NCBI RefSeq assembly: GCF_001194135.2
Contig: NC_068985.1
Location: 62,311,131 to 62,364,760 of the forward strand
Source of the DNA: Octopus bimaculoides
Lineage: Eukaryota
Direction of reading: 5' to 3'
Length of the DNA stretch: 53,630 nucleotides
This document shows, in pieces, positions 49,480 through 53,630 of the stretch. Under the pieces are notes generated by a model. It saw only the letters and a program-made list of their open reading frames with translations, was not told the DNA's origin and did no database searches. The position numbers were made by a program, and so were the translations under genes. The stretch's first letter is position 1. Each line of letters starts with the position of its first letter.

Positions 49480-49950
49480 ATACATGAACAAGAAGTGGTA
49501 GAAGAGAGAAACAGCGTGTAAGTGGTAGAAGAGAGAAACATCGTGTGAGTGGTAGAGGAAAGGGGAATGGAATGAGGAGGAGAAACAGGCAAAGTGAGTT
49601 GAGAAGGAAGTTGGTGGATAATAAAGGGTTTAAAGTACTAAGAACATGAAACGTTGTTTCCTCCACTTCCTTTAGAATGTGGATCCATAATGTACAGTGA
49701 TGCTGCACACTGATGAGTGCGTGATGGAATTGACTGTTGTGTTGAAGCGGGTGGCGACCGGTTGACCTTGGATACATAGTAGTATGCTTCGAATGTACCC
49801 ATAACTGGGCCCAAGTCACAGTATCATATTACTCAGAACCTTTGTAACACATCGTCCAACCCTATATAATGTATCTTGAGCAAACTTTTCGGCTCCCTTT
49901 ACCATGGGGAAACAAACCGACGCCTTGCCGATCACTTTCGGGAGCACGTT
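49480..49950. mobile_element. Penelope-like GIY-YIG fragment split into two opposite-orientation halves
   Basis: + 49801-49950: ITGPKSQYHITQNLCNTSSNPI*CILSKLFGSLYHGETNRRLADHFREHV. - from 49800 downward: YIRSI....QPVATRFNTTVNSITHSSVCSIT...LSTLNP. Confidence 0.8.
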
Positions 49951-52176
49951 GTGGTTATCATAATTTCTCCTATATTTGCTTTGAATATTATTACCAGTGA
50001 TTACAACTAATTGCAGTAGTAACCAAACCACTCTACTGGAAGCAGACTGAATGATGATAATCTATGTGGGACTCTAAGCTCAACAGTAGTTCAAGATATT
50101 CTACGCGTGCGCGCACACGCACACACACACACATGTGTATATATACGGTCTCAATGGAAGTACACTCAACACCTTATGTAAAATACATATTTGTAGTTAA
50201 ATTGTTAACGACTCACTCGCCCATTACTCAAAGTTTCTTTGACACGAATGTACGTGTCTAATGGATCAGATGTATTTGATAAGTAATATCCTTACCCTCA
50301 TCCCGCTTAAAATTTGTTCTTTATTGGTTACTTATAAGCTACGTTCCTATTGAATATACCAGATTATATAATCAAAATCGTTGAGGACTGCTGCTTCATA
50401 TAGCGCGAGATGTCTAGGTTGTGATGGTACTAGTAAAATCCCAGTGCCGTTTCAGTGATCAGCGACCTCGATATTAAAATAGATATTAGAATAGTAATGA
50501 ACAGTCATTGTTGTTTCATCACCATTCTTACAGGGTTAAAAAGAATAAAAACTTGTGTTCGACATTTCCATGAGAAGCTATGAGAGAACTAAGGTGGATA
50601 ACTAGTTTCATTGGTTATCCCTGACATTCTCAGGAATCGAACCATCCCTCTTCACCTCTCAGAATAGTACAGAGATGGCGTTTTAGCAGTTTCACATTGT
50701 GTGAATGGCCACACTATCGATAAATTCAGAAAAGATATATTAAGAGTTGACATATTAAGTGTTGACAAAAATATAACTATCTACACCAAATCTAACTATA
50801 GCTAATTTCCTTAACATATCTTCGAGTTACAAATGTAGACAGACAGATGTTTGATGGTTTCTTGCATACATGAAATAACTTATTTTTCCTTTGTGAAATT
50901 GAATCAGCAGTTATTGACATCAGTAAAAGAATTAACTGTTTGAGCTTTTATTTAGTTCCCTTTAAGTAAATAACTATTTAGGTACATTTCTTTATATTAC
51001 AGCAGTTAATAGTAGGATGATGCCTTAGTAAGCTCAGTAGACTATCAGACAGCATACAGTGAAGCATGTAGTTGTCTCTTTATGCTTTGGGTGCAAATCC
51101 CACTTAAGTGGACTTTACCTTCTGTCAATAAAATAAGTTACAGTTAAGAGATCGATAGTTCTTTCTGCCACTATAATTTTCTTCGTGCTTTTTTTTCCAA
51201 ACTATTATGGATGCTCTAAGAGAAACTTTCATTTTATTGACGAATTTAATAACAATATATGTAATACATCTGTTAACTATGTATCATAGGAGAGTATTGC
51301 ATCTACCAAGGCCCTTTAATATAAATATCACTCTACTGAAATATGAATTTATATATTTTCTCACATGAGATAGATATAGCAAACTGGTATAAATATACAT
51401 ACATAGATGTGTGTGTGTGTGTGTGTGTGTGTGTGNNNNNNNNNNTGTGTGTGTGTGTGTGTGTGTGTGTTAACGTTAACCAGAAGCTATTTATCATTAA
51501 ACTTGAGTGAATGAAATTCAAAGAAACCGATTTTGTAACAAATATGTTATATCGTTTTTTTAAGAAAATATACTTAATAAAGAAAAAGATTAAAGAAAAG
51601 AGAATAATTTCATATTACTTTTAGTGGGAATCAGTAAATAAGCAAAAATGCGACAGGTGATACTGACATTTAAGTCAAATTCCAGTCAATTTATCTGATT
51701 TTTGGGGCGTTTTCTCAAATCTTTGACACTCTTTCTCACATACCATGAATATATCAGATCGGATTTCATGTGTAACACCTTTATTTATTTTGTTTGGTAG
51801 TTGTATGTTTATTAGATTAAGAAAACAAAAATTCCATCCTATAGTGTTTCTAAGGGTGTGTATTGTGACTAAACTGTATATATCAAGATATCTTGAACTT
51901 ATGATCAAGTAGATAATTATACTGTTCTTGTATTGTAAGCTTTTATACAATTTCTTTCTGCTTTTGGGTTTTGGTTGTTTTGGAGCGAGTACTTTCAGTG
52001 TAGTTTATATTCTGTGATTAAACAATAACCTCAATGACCTCGCGATAATTGGCCGCAACTACATGGAGGCTCAATCAGCCGTTCAACTCCTCAGTATGTA
52101 CGTGTTAAGTGTTGACATGAAGATCACTCAGCCAAGACAAAGATTGTATTNNNNNNNNNNAAGATTGTATTTCCTG

Positions 52177-52222
<46 letters not shown>

Positions 52223-52560
52223 CTCCCAAACAATCCTCGACGTACTCAGTGGTGAATTTTTGTAAGAAGTCGAGCAATTTAAGCCTTTTGGTGTTGCTTT
52301 CGCTACCAAAGACCAGAACGAAGATAAGATAGATGTACTTATCAATCAGTTACTTCTGAATTCTGTTGTTTTCTAATTCAGTTTTAATCTATATTGGAGA
52401 TCAATGTACCCCGAAAATTTGAATCGATGAGTTATTAGAATATAGGAATTTCGGTTAAAAGATTAGTAGTTAGTCTCCATAAGAATTTCGGTAACCGAGG
52501 CAAAACACAGTTAAGCGGAATTCGCTATAATACGAACACACACACACATACACGAACGCA

Positions 52561-52592
<32 letters not shown>

Positions 52593-52654
52593 CACACACA
52601 CGGACACACACACACACACACACACAGAAGCACACAGGTACACACAAAGACATA

Positions 52655-52688
<34 letters not shown>

Positions 52689-52689
52689 A

Positions 52690-52800
52690 AAAAGGAGGCA
52701 GTCAGAATTTTGGATAATTGTTTATTAGCGCTTTCATCTGTTCACGGAGACTCTTCAGGTAAGTTTTACAAAACCTTATCTTACATTAATTCAATTCTTA
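52690..52800 (-). other. Penelope-type terminal segment with a minimal hammerhead-like core
   Basis: Minus strand: ttac-CTGAAGA-GTCT(ccgtgaac)AGAT-GAA-AGCGCT-A-ataa. Confidence 0.5.
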
Positions 52801-53266
52801 ATGCAACACCGTAAGTATTGTGTGTCTTGTTAGTCCACTATCACAAGCTGCATGACGTGTTGATTTTTGCGGGCAGCGATTAAACATTCCCTGCACTGTT
52901 GCCACGTTTTCCACTGATCGGGATGTGGCTGGACGGCCACTTCTTGCATAGTTCACACAGCCCTTGGTCATCAGCTTTGCAATTTTTTATTGTCTCCGGA
53001 TGTAGTGTTGCATGCTTATCTTTCCATGCACGCCACCATCTCTGAACCAAAATAATGGAATTCCACACTTCATAGCGTACTGTTATTTTAGCTTGCTCCT
53101 GAACATTCAAGCGACCGGCCATCTGGAAAATAATAAAAAATACAGTAATAAAATAAGAAATCCCTATTAGTGTTGCCTGTTTAAAAAAATATTTTCTTCA
53201 TGACTTCAGTGATATTAAAAATTCTATAAGCAATTTCTAATGCCTATTTACTTTCTAGCCACGCTG
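52801..53266 (-). mobile_element. Tc1/mariner-superfamily (DUF4817-like N-terminus, probably DD37D/maT-type) transposon, 5' part
   Basis: MAGRLNVQEQAKITVRYEVWNSIILVQRWW...TIKNC, then MFNRCPQKSTRHAACDSGLTRHT. Terminus TA|CAGCGTGG at 53266. The ATG is preceded by a ttccag acceptor-like site. Confidence 0.7.
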
Positions 53267-53274
53267 TATATGTA

Positions 53275-53630
53275 TATATGTATAACTGGAAATTCTTTAT
53301 GTCAACGAGCCAGAATTCACCGACAACATGCCCGACAGGAGGAACTACGGAAAATTCCACTGAGTGAACACCTAGAAGCATGTGGGGAAGGAAAATTTAA
53401 GATCTTTCCCTTTTATAAATGCTCAAGAAACGATACCTCCTTCAGGAAAAATATGGAGAAATACTTCATAGCAAAATTCTCACCAAAACTGAATGGCTGA
53501 AACATGAAGATCACAACCCATCTAGGATCTTCAGCTTTGGAGCAACAGAGCCTAAAAAAACGGCAAGAAACCCAGATAGTGGGACATTTTTGTACCAACT
53601 AGAATTGAACCCAGTTACCTAGGTTCTCAT
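53275..53630 (+). mobile_element. Penelope-like element, GIY-YIG C-terminus and 3' region (runs off the window)
   Basis: TGNSLCQRARIHRQH...IPLSEHLEACGEGKFKIFPFYK...RKNMEKYFIAKFSPKLN*. Confidence 0.75.

Noticed and set aside
52140-52171. Direct repeat aagattgtatt flanking a 10-N gap
   Set aside because: Typical contig-overlap artefact.

Overview
Animal genomic DNA from a gapped draft assembly: AT-rich, microsatellite-dense, with many N gaps. The SINE and microsatellite landscape suggests an octopus or other cephalopod, which is inference only. Most ORF-track entries are artefacts of N runs or simple repeats. One real spliced gene is supported on the + strand. Its exons are 1958-2002 (tentative), 9355-9499, 10148-10195, 23400-23639 and 24981-25255, all phase-compatible. 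They encode the end of an F5/8 type C (discoidin) domain, a Cys-containing linker and a C-terminal F-type-lectin-like domain lacking the canonical fucose-binding residues. The 5' part of this gene lies upstream of the window. The window opens in a decayed NEDD8 retrocopy. The remainder is transposon debris: about 11 fragments of R4/Dong-type (RT plus restriction-like endonuclease) retrotransposons, Penelope-like elements (GIY-YIG), an L1/Tx1-like LINE, a Helitron 3' end, two Tc1/mariner-superfamily elements, MITEs and several tRNA-derived SINE families. I cannot demonstrate a new biological system. The best leads are hammerhead-ribozyme-like cores (one at the tail of a tRNA-headed SINE), an inverted-repeat-flanked telomeric array, a twin-priming-like inverted Penelope fragment, a 1.5 kb foldback cluster with outward-facing tRNA-like promoters, and the atypical lectin domain.
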